From NCBI GenBank assembly GCA_031416535.1, contig JANOTT010000061.1, forward strand, positions 30 to 64,029: a DNA stretch of 64,000 nt, read 5' to 3'. Below, in pieces: positions 1-10,028 of the stretch; the stretch's first letter is position 1; each line of letters starts with the position of its first letter. Both the position numbers and the translations under genes were made by a program. The DNA is from Novosphingobium sp. Its GTDB lineage: Bacteria; Pseudomonadota; Alphaproteobacteria; Sphingomonadales; Sphingomonadaceae. The notes below the pieces were generated by a model, which was given only the letters and a program-made list of their open reading frames with translations, had not been told where the DNA came from and did not search any database.

Positions 1-341
1 CCGCAGCACCAGAAATCCGAATTGCGCCAGCACATCATCGCGCAGCCGGTCCTTACCCTCATCGTGCGTATCGCCATCGACCTCGACGATCAGTGAGCGC
101 GCCGGACACATGAAATCGGCGATATAGGGTCCGATGACCTCCTGGCGGCGAAACTTCAATTCATCGAGCTGCCCGTTCGAAAGATTACGCCACAGGCGCT
201 TTTCCGGTTCGGTCGGATTGCGGCGCATTTCACGGGCGCGTTCGTGCAGCCAATCGATCTGCTCTTGGGACAGGCCCCACCCCAAACCCCTCCCCTGAAG
301 AGGAGGGGCTTCTTTTTGCCAGCCTTTATCGATGGGTGCGG

Positions 342-345
<4 letters not shown>
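1..345 (-). CDS. DUF559/Vsr-like endonuclease domain protein (3' end runs off window)
   Basis: Manual translation, not in ORF track: [95 protein letters not shown]. The [19 protein letters not shown] motif is typical of DUF559. ATG overlaps the sufB TGA (ATGA). Confidence 0.85.
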
Positions 346-1819
<1,474 letters not shown>

Positions 1820-1823
<4 letters not shown>

Positions 1824-2230
1824 GCCGGCAGCTCCGCCAGTTGCGTCAATGGCACGCCCGCCAGTGCCCCGCGCATCGCGGCATTGACCGCGCCCCAGTG
1901 CGGACGGACGGTGCAAGCACTCTCCAGTCCGCAATCATGGCGGCCATTATCGACGCACGGCGTAAGCGCAATCGGGCCTTCGACCGCCTCGATAATATCC
2001 GCCAGCGTAATTGCCGCTGCCGGGCGCGCCAGCTTGAGCCCGCCGCCCACGCCGCGCACCGACCGCAACAGACCGGCGGACGTAAGCCGGCTGACGAGCT
2101 TTTGCACGGTCGGCACCGGCAGCCCGGTTTCCTGCGCCAGTTGTGCCGCTGAAACCCGAATACCGCCGCAATGGCGCGCGGCGGCGCTCATCGTGACCAC
2201 GGCATAGTCGGCCATGCTGGAAAGGCGCAT
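1820..2230 (-). CDS. Rrf2-family SUF system transcriptional regulator (IscR-like)
   Basis: [47 protein letters not shown], plus Cys cluster ([11 protein letters not shown]). Directly upstream of sufB. Confidence 0.93.
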
Positions 2231-2243
2231 CGTGGTGGAATCC

Positions 2244-2270
2244 TAAATCAGACTGATTCGATCTGAATTA
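2244..2270. promoter_or_regulatory. Dyad-symmetric putative Rrf2 autoregulatory operator
   Basis: TAAATCAGA-N9-TCTGAATTA (8/9 inverted match), 14 bp upstream of the regulator start. Confidence 0.5.
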
Positions 2271-2324
2271 GCAGATAAGCGCGCCGGGACTGTTTTGCAA
2301 TCACCCCCGGGCTGCTGGATAGGC

Positions 2325-2361
2325 AAAAAAAGCGGCCTCCCGGAAAATCCGGAAAGCCGCT
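2325..2361 (-). terminator. Rho-independent terminator (minus strand)
   Basis: AGCGGC..CCGGA-AAA-TCCGG..GCCGCT stem with an A7 tract at 2325-2331 (U-tract on minus strand). Confidence 0.7.
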
Positions 2362-2490
2362 GTTTAAGTTAAGAGCCCATCGCCAAAGCAGTGGGTTCTT
2401 CGGGTCGCAATGATTGGATAGGCGCTTATTCGCGGCTCTAATTGTATGAACACGCCAGCTTTGCGAGCCAGGATGGCTCGATTCCGGAGA
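2325..2490 (-). ncRNA. Candidate structured small RNA of unknown family
   Basis: AT-richer intergenic stretch with hairpins at 2464-2480 and about 2370-2400, ending in a terminator. No convincing ORF. Confidence 0.3.
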
Positions 2491-2576
2491 TTTACGGATG
2501 TTAGAATTTTCGCGCCGCAGTTTTGGGATACTGAAGGCGAATCGACAGCTTTGCGCCGCGCTGCCATAGGCGCGTC

Positions 2577-3608
2577 ATGATTTATCCGCTGCTTCGCCCC
2601 GCGCTGTTCCTGCTCGATGCCGAGCGGGCGCACCAGATCTCGCTTGCCGCGCTGAAAGCCTTGCCGCTGCGCGCATCGGCCAGCGCCGGAGGACCACTCG
2701 CAACCGAAGTGGCCGGGCTGCGATTTCCCAATCCGCTCGGCATGGCGGCGGGCTATGACAAGGACGGCGAGGTGCCCGATGCGCTGCTGGGGCTGGGGTT
2801 CGGGTTTGTCGAGGTTGGTTCGATCACCCCGCTGGCGCAGGCCGGCAACCCCCGCCCGCGGCTGTTCCGACTGATCGAGGACCGTGCGGTGATCAATCGC
2901 ATGGGGTTCAACAACCACGGTGCCGAAGCGGCGGTGGCGGGGCTGGCGGCGCGATTGGGGCGGCCCGGGATTGTCGGGATCAATCTTGGCGCAAACAAGG
3001 ATTCGTCAGACCGGATCGCCGATTACGCCACCATGACGCGGTTGATGGCCCCGCTGGCGAGCTATCTTGCGATCAATGTGTCGAGCCCCAACACCCCGGG
3101 ACTGCGCGGACTGCAGGTCGAAGGCGTGCTGACGGCGTTGCTCGATGCGGTATTGGCGGCGCGTGGTCCGTCCGGCCCGCCGGTGTTCCTGAAAGTCGCG
3201 CCCGATCTTGAACTTGCCGATATCGACGCAATCGCCCGGATCGCGCTCGATAAAGGGCTGGGCGCGCTGATCGTGTCGAACACCACGATTTCGCGCCCGC
3301 CCTTGCGCTCGCGCCATTCCGGTGAGGCGGGCGGACTGTCAGGCGCGCCGCTGCGCGATCTGGCGCAGCAGCGGCTGCGCGATTTCCGCAGTGCAACCGG
3401 TGGAGCCATTCCGCTGATCGGAGTCGGCGGGATTGCCAGTGCGGACGACGCCTGGGCGCGGATTCGCGCCGGGGCCAGCTTGGTCCAGCTTTATTCGGCA
3501 ATGGTTTACCACGGGCCGGGGATCGCGCGCACAATTACCCGGGGGCTGGAGCGGCTGATGCGCCGCGACAGCTTTGCCAGCATTGCCGAAGCGGTGGGAA
3601 GCGAATAG
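2577..3608 (+). CDS. pyrD: Quinone-dependent dihydroorotate dehydrogenase (class 2)
   Basis: NPLGMAAGYDK, EVGSITP, VINRMGFNN, INVSSPNTPGLR, KVAPDL, GGLSGAPL. Confidence 0.97.
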   Translation: MIYPLLRPALFLLDAERAHQISLAALKALPLRASASAGGPLATEVAGLRFPNPLGMAAGYDKDGEVPDALLGLGFGFVEVGSITPLAQAGNPRPRLFRLIEDRAVINRMGFNNHGAEAAVAGLAARLGRPGIVGINLGANKDSSDRIADYATMTRLMAPLASYLAINVSSPNTPGLRGLQVEGVLTALLDAVLAARGPSGPPVFLKVAPDLELADIDAIARIALDKGLGALIVSNTTISRPPLRSRHSGEAGGLSGAPLRDLAQQRLRDFRSATGGAIPLIGVGGIASADDAWARIRAGASLVQLYSAMVYHGPGIARTITRGLERLMRRDSFASIAEAVGSE

Positions 3609-3617
3609 CACGGGCAG

Positions 3618-5342
3618 ATGCTGACCCGTCACCTGACCCTTCTGTTCGCCCCGCTGGCACTGGCCGGCTGCACCGCCGCCACCCAGACCGTTTCGGCTCC
3701 CCCACCCACCACGCAAGCATTTGCCAAGGGTATGGTCAGCGCGGCCGATCCCCGCGCGGCCGGAGCCGGGACCGCGATCCTGCGTCAGGGCGGCAACGCC
3801 ACCGATGCGGCGATCGCCACCATGCTGGCCCTGACCGTGGTCGAGCCGCAAAGCTCGGGCATCGGCGGCGGCGGATTTTATGTGACGGCCAACCCGCGCG
3901 GCGAGGTCGACACGATCGACGGCCGTGAGAAGGCTCCGGCAGCGGCGCATCCCAAGTGGTTCTTCAAGGACGGCAAGGTGATGGGCTTTGCCGATGCCGT
4001 GCCCGGCGGAACCAGCGTCGGGGTGCCGGGCAATGTTGCGCTGGCGGCAAAGGCGCACGCGCTCCACGGTCACTTGCCATGGGCCGCGCTGTTCGCCCCG
4101 GCGATCAAGCTGGCCAAGGATGGTTTCGCGGTAACCCCGCGGTTTTATGGCGCGCTCAAATCGAGCAGCGCGAGCGCCGCCTTCACCGCGGCCGGCCGCG
4201 CGCTGTATTACGGCGCCGACGGCCAGCCGCTGCCGGTTGGTACGCTGATCAAAAACCCGGCGCTGGCCGCCACGCTTGACCAGATCGCGCGGCACGGTCC
4301 CAAGGCGTTCTACAGCGGCGGTAATGCCCGCGCGATCACCGCACAGGTCACTACGGCGGCGCGCAACCCTGCGCCGATGACCACCGGCGACATCGCCGCT
4401 TATCAAGCCAAGGACCGTGCGCCGGTCTGCGCCGCCTATCGCCAGTACCGGATCTGCGGGATGGGCCCGCCCAGCTCAGGGGCGACGACCGTGCTGGCCG
4501 CGCTGGGCCAGCTTGAGCGCTTCGACCTGCACGCGCTGGGGCAATCATCACCCACCGCCTGGCACCTGATCGCCGAAAGTCAGCGGCTCGCCTATGCCGA
4601 CCGTGCGCGCTATGCAGCCGATGCCGATTTCGTCGCGGTGCCGGTCGCCGGGATGATCGACCGGCAATATCTCGCCGCGCGCTCGGCCCTGATTAATCCA
4701 GGCACGAGCATGCCGCAGGTCAGCGCCGGCGTCCCGCCGGGGGCCGAAGGATTAAGCCGCGCCGATGCGCCGCTGGCCGAAGAATTCGGCACCTCGCACA
4801 TCTCGGTGATCGACCGCAACGGCAACGCGGTGACTTACACCTCGACCATCGAAAGCGCGTTCGGATCGGGGCTGATGGCGGGCGGCTACTACCTCAACAA
4901 CGAGCTGACCGATTTCGATATGCAGCCCGAGCAAGCAGGGCGGATGGTCGCCAACCGGGTCGAAGGAGGCAAACGTCCGCGCAGTTCGATGTCGCCGACG
5001 TTGGTATTCGGTGCCGATGGAAAATTGCTGCTGGTGGTGGGTGCGGCGGGCGGCGCGACGATCCCTGCGCAAGTAATTCGCGCGGTGATCGGCGTGCTCG
5101 ATTGGAACTTGTCGCCGCAGCAGGCGCTGGCGCTGCCGGTGATCTTCGCACCCGGGATCAATACCGTGTTTGTCGAGCAGGGCAGCAGCCTTGAAACGAT
5201 GATCCCGGCCTTGATCGCGCTGGGCCACGCCCAGGTTCAGGCGCGCGGGTTGCCGCTCAAGGGCAATGCGATTGCGGTTTCGGGCGGGATGCTGCTGGGC
5301 GGCGCCGATCCGCGCAGCGAGGGCGTCGCGCTCAGCGAGTAA
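3618..5342 (+). CDS. ggt: Gamma-glutamyltransferase (lipoprotein)
   Basis: Lipobox LAGC; GGNATDAAIA, EPQSSGIGGG, IDGREKAP; catalytic Thr in GTSHISVID; KRPRSSMSP. Confidence 0.95.
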   Translation: MLTRHLTLLFAPLALAGCTAATQTVSAPPPTTQAFAKGMVSAADPRAAGAGTAILRQGGNATDAAIATMLALTVVEPQSSGIGGGGFYVTANPRGEVDTIDGREKAPAAAHPKWFFKDGKVMGFADAVPGGTSVGVPGNVALAAKAHALHGHLPWAALFAPAIKLAKDGFAVTPRFYGALKSSSASAAFTAAGRALYYGADGQPLPVGTLIKNPALAATLDQIARHGPKAFYSGGNARAITAQVTTAARNPAPMTTGDIAAYQAKDRAPVCAAYRQYRICGMGPPSSGATTVLAALGQLERFDLHALGQSSPTAWHLIAESQRLAYADRARYAADADFVAVPVAGMIDRQYLAARSALINPGTSMPQVSAGVPPGAEGLSRADAPLAEEFGTSHISVIDRNGNAVTYTSTIESAFGSGLMAGGYYLNNELTDFDMQPEQAGRMVANRVEGGKRPRSSMSPTLVFGADGKLLLVVGAAGGATIPAQVIRAVIGVLDWNLSPQQALALPVIFAPGINTVFVEQGSSLETMIPALIALGHAQVQARGLPLKGNAIAVSGGMLLGGADPRSEGVALSE

Positions 5343-5425
5343 AGCGCAGCGAAGTGCTTGCCGCCTCCGCCAAGCCGTCTTAGTCAGGTCATGGGCAAGG
5401 ATGCAGTGCGAAAGGGGCGCGAAGC

Positions 5426-7258
5426 GTGACGGATATTTCGGATCTGCCGGAAACCAGGAATCTGGTCGAACTGTTCCTGCACCGCGCCGACGAGCGCGGG
5501 GACACGCCGTTCCTATGGGCCAAGCACGACGGCACGTGGCAGCCACTGAGCTGGGCCGAGGTGGCACGGCAGGTTTGTACGCTGGCGCAGGCGCTGATCG
5601 GGCTGGGGCTCAAAGCCGGGGACCGGGTGCTGCTGGTCTCGGAAAACCGGCCCGAATGGTGCATCGCCGATTTCGCGATTATGGCTGCGGGCTGCATCAC
5701 CGTGCCGGCCTATGTCACCAACACCGAACGCGATCACCTCCATGTGCTCGATAATTCAGGCGCCGCGGCAGTGATCGTCGGCAACGAAAAGCTGGCCAAG
5801 TCGCTGCTTCCGGCGGTAATCCGCGCTGGTTCGGCGCGCCATGTGATCGGGATCGAGCCGCTCCGTTTCGCGCAGGCCAGCAATTTCGAATACCATGACT
5901 GGGCGGCGCTGGTCGCGGGCGACGCGGCCACCGCGCGGGCCGCGGTCGAGCAGCGCATCGCTGGCATCTCGCGTCAGGATACCGCCTGCATCATTTACAC
6001 CAGCGGCACCGGCGGCAGCCCGCGCGGCGTGCTTCAGCACCACGGCGCGCTGCTGTGCAATGTCGAAGGCGCGGCGCGCATCCTGTCGGAGGATTTCGGC
6101 ATTGGCGCGGACGAGGCGTTCCTCTCGTTCCTGCCGCTCAGCCACGCTTACGAGCACACCGGCGGGCAAATGCTGCCGATCGGAGTGGGCGCGCAGATCT
6201 ATTATTCCGAAGGGCTGGAAAAGCTCGCCTCGAACATCGAGGAAGTGCGTCCAACGGTCATGGTGGTGGTACCGCGCCTGTTCGAAGTGCTGCGCGCGCG
6301 GATTATCAAGCAGATCGAAAAGCAGGGCAAGCTGCCCAACTACCTGATGGAGCGTGCGCTGGGGATCGGGGCGATGAAAGCGGCGGGCAAGCGCCGGCTG
6401 CGTGACAAGCCGGTCGAGCTGCTGATCGAAAAGGCGCTGCGCCCGAAGATTCGCGCCAAGTTCGGCGGGCGGCTCAAGGCGATGGTCTCGGGCGGGGCGC
6501 CGCTCAATCCCGAGATCGGGGTGTTCTTCGATGCGATGGGGCTGACTGTGTTGCAAGGCTACGGCCAGACCGAGGCTGGCCCGGTGATTGCCTGCAACCG
6601 CCCCAGCGCCGGAATCAAGATGGATACGGTCGGCCCGCCGATGCACGGGGTCGAGGTGAAGATTGCCGCTGACGGCGAAATCCTGGTGCGCGGCGAGCTG
6701 GTGATGCAGGGCTATTGGCGCAATCCCGATGAGACTGCGAAGGCGCTGCAACCAGACCCGGCTGAGCCGAAAAAAGGCACCTGGCTGTATACCGGTGACA
6801 TCGGCCATATCGATCCCAAAGGCCGGCTGGTGATCACCGATCGCAAGAAAGATATGATTATCAACGACAAGGGCGATAATGTCTCGCCGCAGAAGATCGA
6901 AGGCATGCTCACGCTGCAGAACGAGCTGGCGCAGGCGATGGTCTATGGCGACCGCAGGCCGCATATCGTCGGGCTGGTGGTACCCGATGCCGAATGGGCG
7001 CTGGAGTGGGCGCGCGCCAATGGCGAGAAGTTCGATCTGAGGGCACTGCAGGATTTGCCCGCCTTCCGCAGCGCTGTGCGCAGCGCGGTTGACCGGGTCA
7101 ACCAGGACTTGTCGGTGATCGAAAAAATCCGCCAGTTCGCCTTTGCCGACGAAGCTTTCAGCATCGAGAACGAGGAAATGACCCCCAGCCTCAAGATCCG
7201 CCGTCATAAACTGAAAGAGCGTTATGGCACGCGACTGGACGGGCTTTACAAGGGGTGA
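5426..7258 (+). CDS. Long-chain fatty acid-CoA ligase (AMP-dependent synthetase)
   Basis: IIYTSGTGGSPRG, QGYGQTE, YTGDIG, ITDRKKD, TPSLKIRR. Confidence 0.93.
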   Translation: MTDISDLPETRNLVELFLHRADERGDTPFLWAKHDGTWQPLSWAEVARQVCTLAQALIGLGLKAGDRVLLVSENRPEWCIADFAIMAAGCITVPAYVTNTERDHLHVLDNSGAAAVIVGNEKLAKSLLPAVIRAGSARHVIGIEPLRFAQASNFEYHDWAALVAGDAATARAAVEQRIAGISRQDTACIIYTSGTGGSPRGVLQHHGALLCNVEGAARILSEDFGIGADEAFLSFLPLSHAYEHTGGQMLPIGVGAQIYYSEGLEKLASNIEEVRPTVMVVVPRLFEVLRARIIKQIEKQGKLPNYLMERALGIGAMKAAGKRRLRDKPVELLIEKALRPKIRAKFGGRLKAMVSGGAPLNPEIGVFFDAMGLTVLQGYGQTEAGPVIACNRPSAGIKMDTVGPPMHGVEVKIAADGEILVRGELVMQGYWRNPDETAKALQPDPAEPKKGTWLYTGDIGHIDPKGRLVITDRKKDMIINDKGDNVSPQKIEGMLTLQNELAQAMVYGDRRPHIVGLVVPDAEWALEWARANGEKFDLRALQDLPAFRSAVRSAVDRVNQDLSVIEKIRQFAFADEAFSIENEEMTPSLKIRRHKLKERYGTRLDGLYKG

Positions 7259-8421
7259 GCGACCCGCTGCTGGCCGGGATCAAGGTGGTCGACCTGACCA
7301 GTGTAGTGTTCGGTCCCTATTGCACACAAATCCTGGCCGATCTTGGGGCCGAGGTGGTCAAGGTCGAGAGCCCCGGGGTGGGCGACGCCTTGCGCTGGTC
7401 GGGCAAGGCGCCTGCATCGCCCAATATGGCGCCCGTGTTCATGGCACTTAACCGCGGCAAGCGTTCGATCGCGCTCGATCTCAAGGCGGCGGACGATCTG
7501 GCGGTGCTGCACGAATTGCTGGCCGAAGCCGATGTGTTTGTGGTCAATGTGCGCGGCAAGGCGCTTGAACGATTGGGGTTGGACCATGCGGCCCTAAGCG
7601 CGCGGTATCCCCGGCTGATCTATGTGCACTGTGTCGGGTTCGGACAGGATGGTCCCTATGCCGATCTGCAGGCCTATGACGATGTGATCCAGGCGGCCAG
7701 CGGCACTGCCACCTTGCTGCCGCGCGTCGATGGCGATCCGCGCCCGCGCTATCTGCCCTCGCTGCTAGCCGATAAAGTTGCCGGACTGCACGCAGCCTAT
7801 GCCGCGCTGGCGGCGCTGTTCCACCGCGAGCGCAGCAACGCGGGACAGCTGGTCGAAGTCCCGATGTTCGAAGCGTTCACCAGTTTCATGATGCTCGAAC
7901 ATCTGGGCGGGCAGACGTTTGATCCGCCGATCGGGCCGGTCGGCTACGCCCGCCAGCTCGATCCGGTGCGCCAACCGTTTCCCACAGCCGACGGGTATAT
8001 TAGCATCGTTATTTACACCTTGGATGCGTGGGACCGCGTGTTCGCGCTGCTGGGCGATTCGGACTTCATCGCGCAGGACCGCTTCAACGAGCCCGGCGGG
8101 CGGACACGGCACCAGACCGAGCTGTATGAACACCTGGCCTCACTGACCCCCCGGCTGGCCACGGCGGAGCTGCTGCGGCGCTGCCACGAGGTGCAATTGC
8201 CCGCGCAAGCGGTCTGCGATCTGGCTGATGTGATCAATGACCCGCACCTCGCGGCCACCGGCGTTTTCCGCCGCCGCGAGCACCCCAGTGAAGGCCCCTA
8301 TCTAGAGCAGGTGCCGCCGGTACGGTTTGGCGGCGGCCCCTCGCCGCTGCTGTCGATGCCGCCGCAACTTGACGGCGATGGAGCACAGCTTCGCGCCGAA
8401 CTTGCTGCGCGCCGGGACTGA
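7255..8421 (+). CDS. CaiB/BaiF family III CoA-transferase
   Basis: GIKVVDLT..FGPYCTQILADLGAEVVKVE, LNRGKRSIALDLK, AYDDVIQA. Overlaps the ligase stop by 4 bp. Confidence 0.92.
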   Translation: MSDPLLAGIKVVDLTSVVFGPYCTQILADLGAEVVKVESPGVGDALRWSGKAPASPNMAPVFMALNRGKRSIALDLKAADDLAVLHELLAEADVFVVNVRGKALERLGLDHAALSARYPRLIYVHCVGFGQDGPYADLQAYDDVIQAASGTATLLPRVDGDPRPRYLPSLLADKVAGLHAAYAALAALFHRERSNAGQLVEVPMFEAFTSFMMLEHLGGQTFDPPIGPVGYARQLDPVRQPFPTADGYISIVIYTLDAWDRVFALLGDSDFIAQDRFNEPGGRTRHQTELYEHLASLTPRLATAELLRRCHEVQLPAQAVCDLADVINDPHLAATGVFRRREHPSEGPYLEQVPPVRFGGGPSPLLSMPPQLDGDGAQLRAELAARRD

Positions 8422-8449
8422 CGCGCGACCCAGGCCGTATGCCAGACAC

Positions 8450-8493
8450 AAAAAGGCCGGGCGCGACGGAGGTCCAAATCCGTCGGCCCGGCC
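8450..8493 (-). terminator. Rho-independent terminator of the small lipoprotein gene
   Basis: GGCCGGGC..GACGGA-loop-TCCGTC..GCCCGGCC with an adjacent A5 tract (U-tract on minus strand). Confidence 0.7.
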
Positions 8494-8514
8494 CGCTTGG
8501 TATCGACTCGCGAT

Positions 8515-8715
8515 TTACATCGCGCTGTCGGATGCACTGCCAGCATCGGTCGAAGCCGCAGCAGCGTCTTCACTGGCAGCGGCCGTGATGTCGGCAGCCG
8601 GAGCGACAGCAGTTTCGACGACTTCGGGAACGGCCTCGTCAGCCTTCTTTTCACCGCAAGCGGCCAGAGCGAGCGAACCGGCAGCAATCGCTGCAAACAT
8701 TACAATCTTCTGCAT
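8515..8715 (-). CDS. Small Ala-rich lipoprotein (66 aa), hypothetical
   Basis: MQKIVMFAAIAAGSLALAAC lipobox; GGGGGA RBS upstream; own terminator downstream. Confidence 0.75.
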   Translation of the reverse strand: MQKIVMFAAIAAGSLALAACGEKKADEAVPEVVETAVAPAADITAAASEDAAAASTDAGSASDSAM

Positions 8716-8849
8716 TTGTATTCCCCCTTGGATGACCCACGCTGCGCCAATGGCGCGGCGCGCAAATATCTGCACGTGCTTGTCGCTGCTGTCGATTTGA
8801 AAAATTGGGCTGCGGCTTAGCTTGAGGATTCAGTTGGATTCTTTTTGCT

Positions 8850-9206
8850 TCAGACTGCGCGGCTAGCAGCTTTACGCTCCAAAAACAGCACGCGGGCGAT
8901 CATCGCCAGCAGACCGATGCTGCCGGTCATGGCAATCGCCACGAACCACGGCAGCACCCGCATTGCAACCGCCCGGGCTCGCGCCAGCAACAGAAAATAG
9001 GCGCACGAGGCTGACAGCAGCAGATCGATGAAAATCTGATTGTTCCAGTCATTGCGAATATGCTCTGCCCAGAATCCGAACACGCCGCCAGTCGCGATCG
9101 CACGCAGCGAGCCGGCAAAAAATAGCGCCGCGAGCAGCGCGGGAATCCACCACGAGCCTACCCTGGCAAATCGCGGCGCAACGAGTGCGGCCCCAATCCC
9201 GACCAT
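8850..9206 (-). CDS. Small multi-pass membrane protein (DUF2834-like, tentative)
   Basis: 118 aa hydrophobic; W..Q..IDLL and ..TGSIGLL.M.AR..FLE pattern. Confidence 0.6.
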   Translation of the reverse strand: MVGIGAALVAPRFARVGSWWIPALLAALFFAGSLRAIATGGVFGFWAEHIRNDWNNQIFIDLLLSASCAYFLLLARARAVAMRVLPWFVAIAMTGSIGLLAMIARVLFLERKAASRAV

Positions 9207-9249
9207 CAGCAGCGGCGCAATTCACGATCGGCCCGGCGGCGCGTCCGCA

Positions 9250-9432
9250 GATGCGGTTGTGAACAGTTTTAGTGCCTGGACCGAAACCCGGCTCGGTCCC
9301 GCCGGGCTACCTGATCCGCGCGCCACCGCGACCGGGATTGTCGCATTGGTCGACGGTTTGGCGGTAATCGCAGTCTGTGCCGACGAGGCGCTGGTAACGC
9401 GGGCCGCGAGCAGTCTGGGTGACTTGATTTAG
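9250..9432 (+). pseudogene. Possible C-terminal remnant of a TetR-like regulator
   Basis: Protein-like reading DAVVNSFSAWTETRL..PRATATGIVALVDGLAVIAVCADEALVTRAASSL* with no HTH or plausible start upstream. Confidence 0.25.
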
Positions 9433-9434
9433 CG

Positions 9435-9962
9435 TCAAGCCGCTTCCTTCTCCACCCATTCGGGATAGAAACTGGGTTCGCGCGCCGACCAGCCCGGGGC
9501 AGTCGCAGCAGCTTCGCTGATCGATTGCAGCAGATGCTTGCGCCGGTCGGGGCGGATTTGCGGCAGCGCGGCAGCGGCGCAGAAGGCCGATGGCAGGAAC
9601 GGCCGCACTTCGGCGCCGAGCAAGCGCTCATAGAGAAAGCGGAACGAGGAAAAGCAGGTCAACCGGTCCTGCGCCAGATCGAACGCGGCGACGCGCAGCA
9701 GCTTACCCATATAGGCCTCGATCGCATCGAATCCGGTTTCGGCCGGGAGTGAGGCGCGCAGCACCTTTAGTTCCTGATAGATCACATACTGGCTGCGGAT
9801 CGAGGCGCTTTCCACCGCATCGCGCGCCCACAGCTTGAACGCGTCCTGCCGCCCCAGCCCGATATCGAGACTGCGCTTGATATAACGCTGCTCGGCCGCC
9901 GAAAAACCGGCGAATTCCCGCAGTTCGGCGATGGTCAGCGATGCAGTGCCGGTATTAGCCAT
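9435..9962 (-). CDS. Conserved hypothetical protein (175 aa)
   Basis: Clean coding-like ORF MANTGTASLTIAELREFAGFSAAEQRYIKRSLDIGLGRQDAF; no function recognised. Confidence 0.8.
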   Translation of the reverse strand: MANTGTASLTIAELREFAGFSAAEQRYIKRSLDIGLGRQDAFKLWARDAVESASIRSQYVIYQELKVLRASLPAETGFDAIEAYMGKLLRVAAFDLAQDRLTCFSSFRFLYERLLGAEVRPFLPSAFCAAAALPQIRPDRRKHLLQSISEAAATAPGWSAREPSFYPEWVEKEAA

Positions 9963-10004
9963 GTGATGCCCCCAGTTGGATAGAAGCACTTCACCAGAAG
10001 ATGG

Positions 10005-10019
10005 TTATAAACCCGTTAA
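10005..10019. promoter_or_regulatory. CtrA-like box
   Basis: TTAT-AAACCCG-TTAA(C), 1 mismatch to TTAA-N7-TTAA, upstream of the 9962 gene. Confidence 0.45.
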
Positions 10020-10028
10020 CCATCACGG

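Noticed and set aside
2360-2500. tmRNA or 6S RNA as the identity of the candidate sRNA
   Set aside because: No ANDN-type tag reading frame or tRNA-like ends, and no long closing stem with a central bubble that I could identify.
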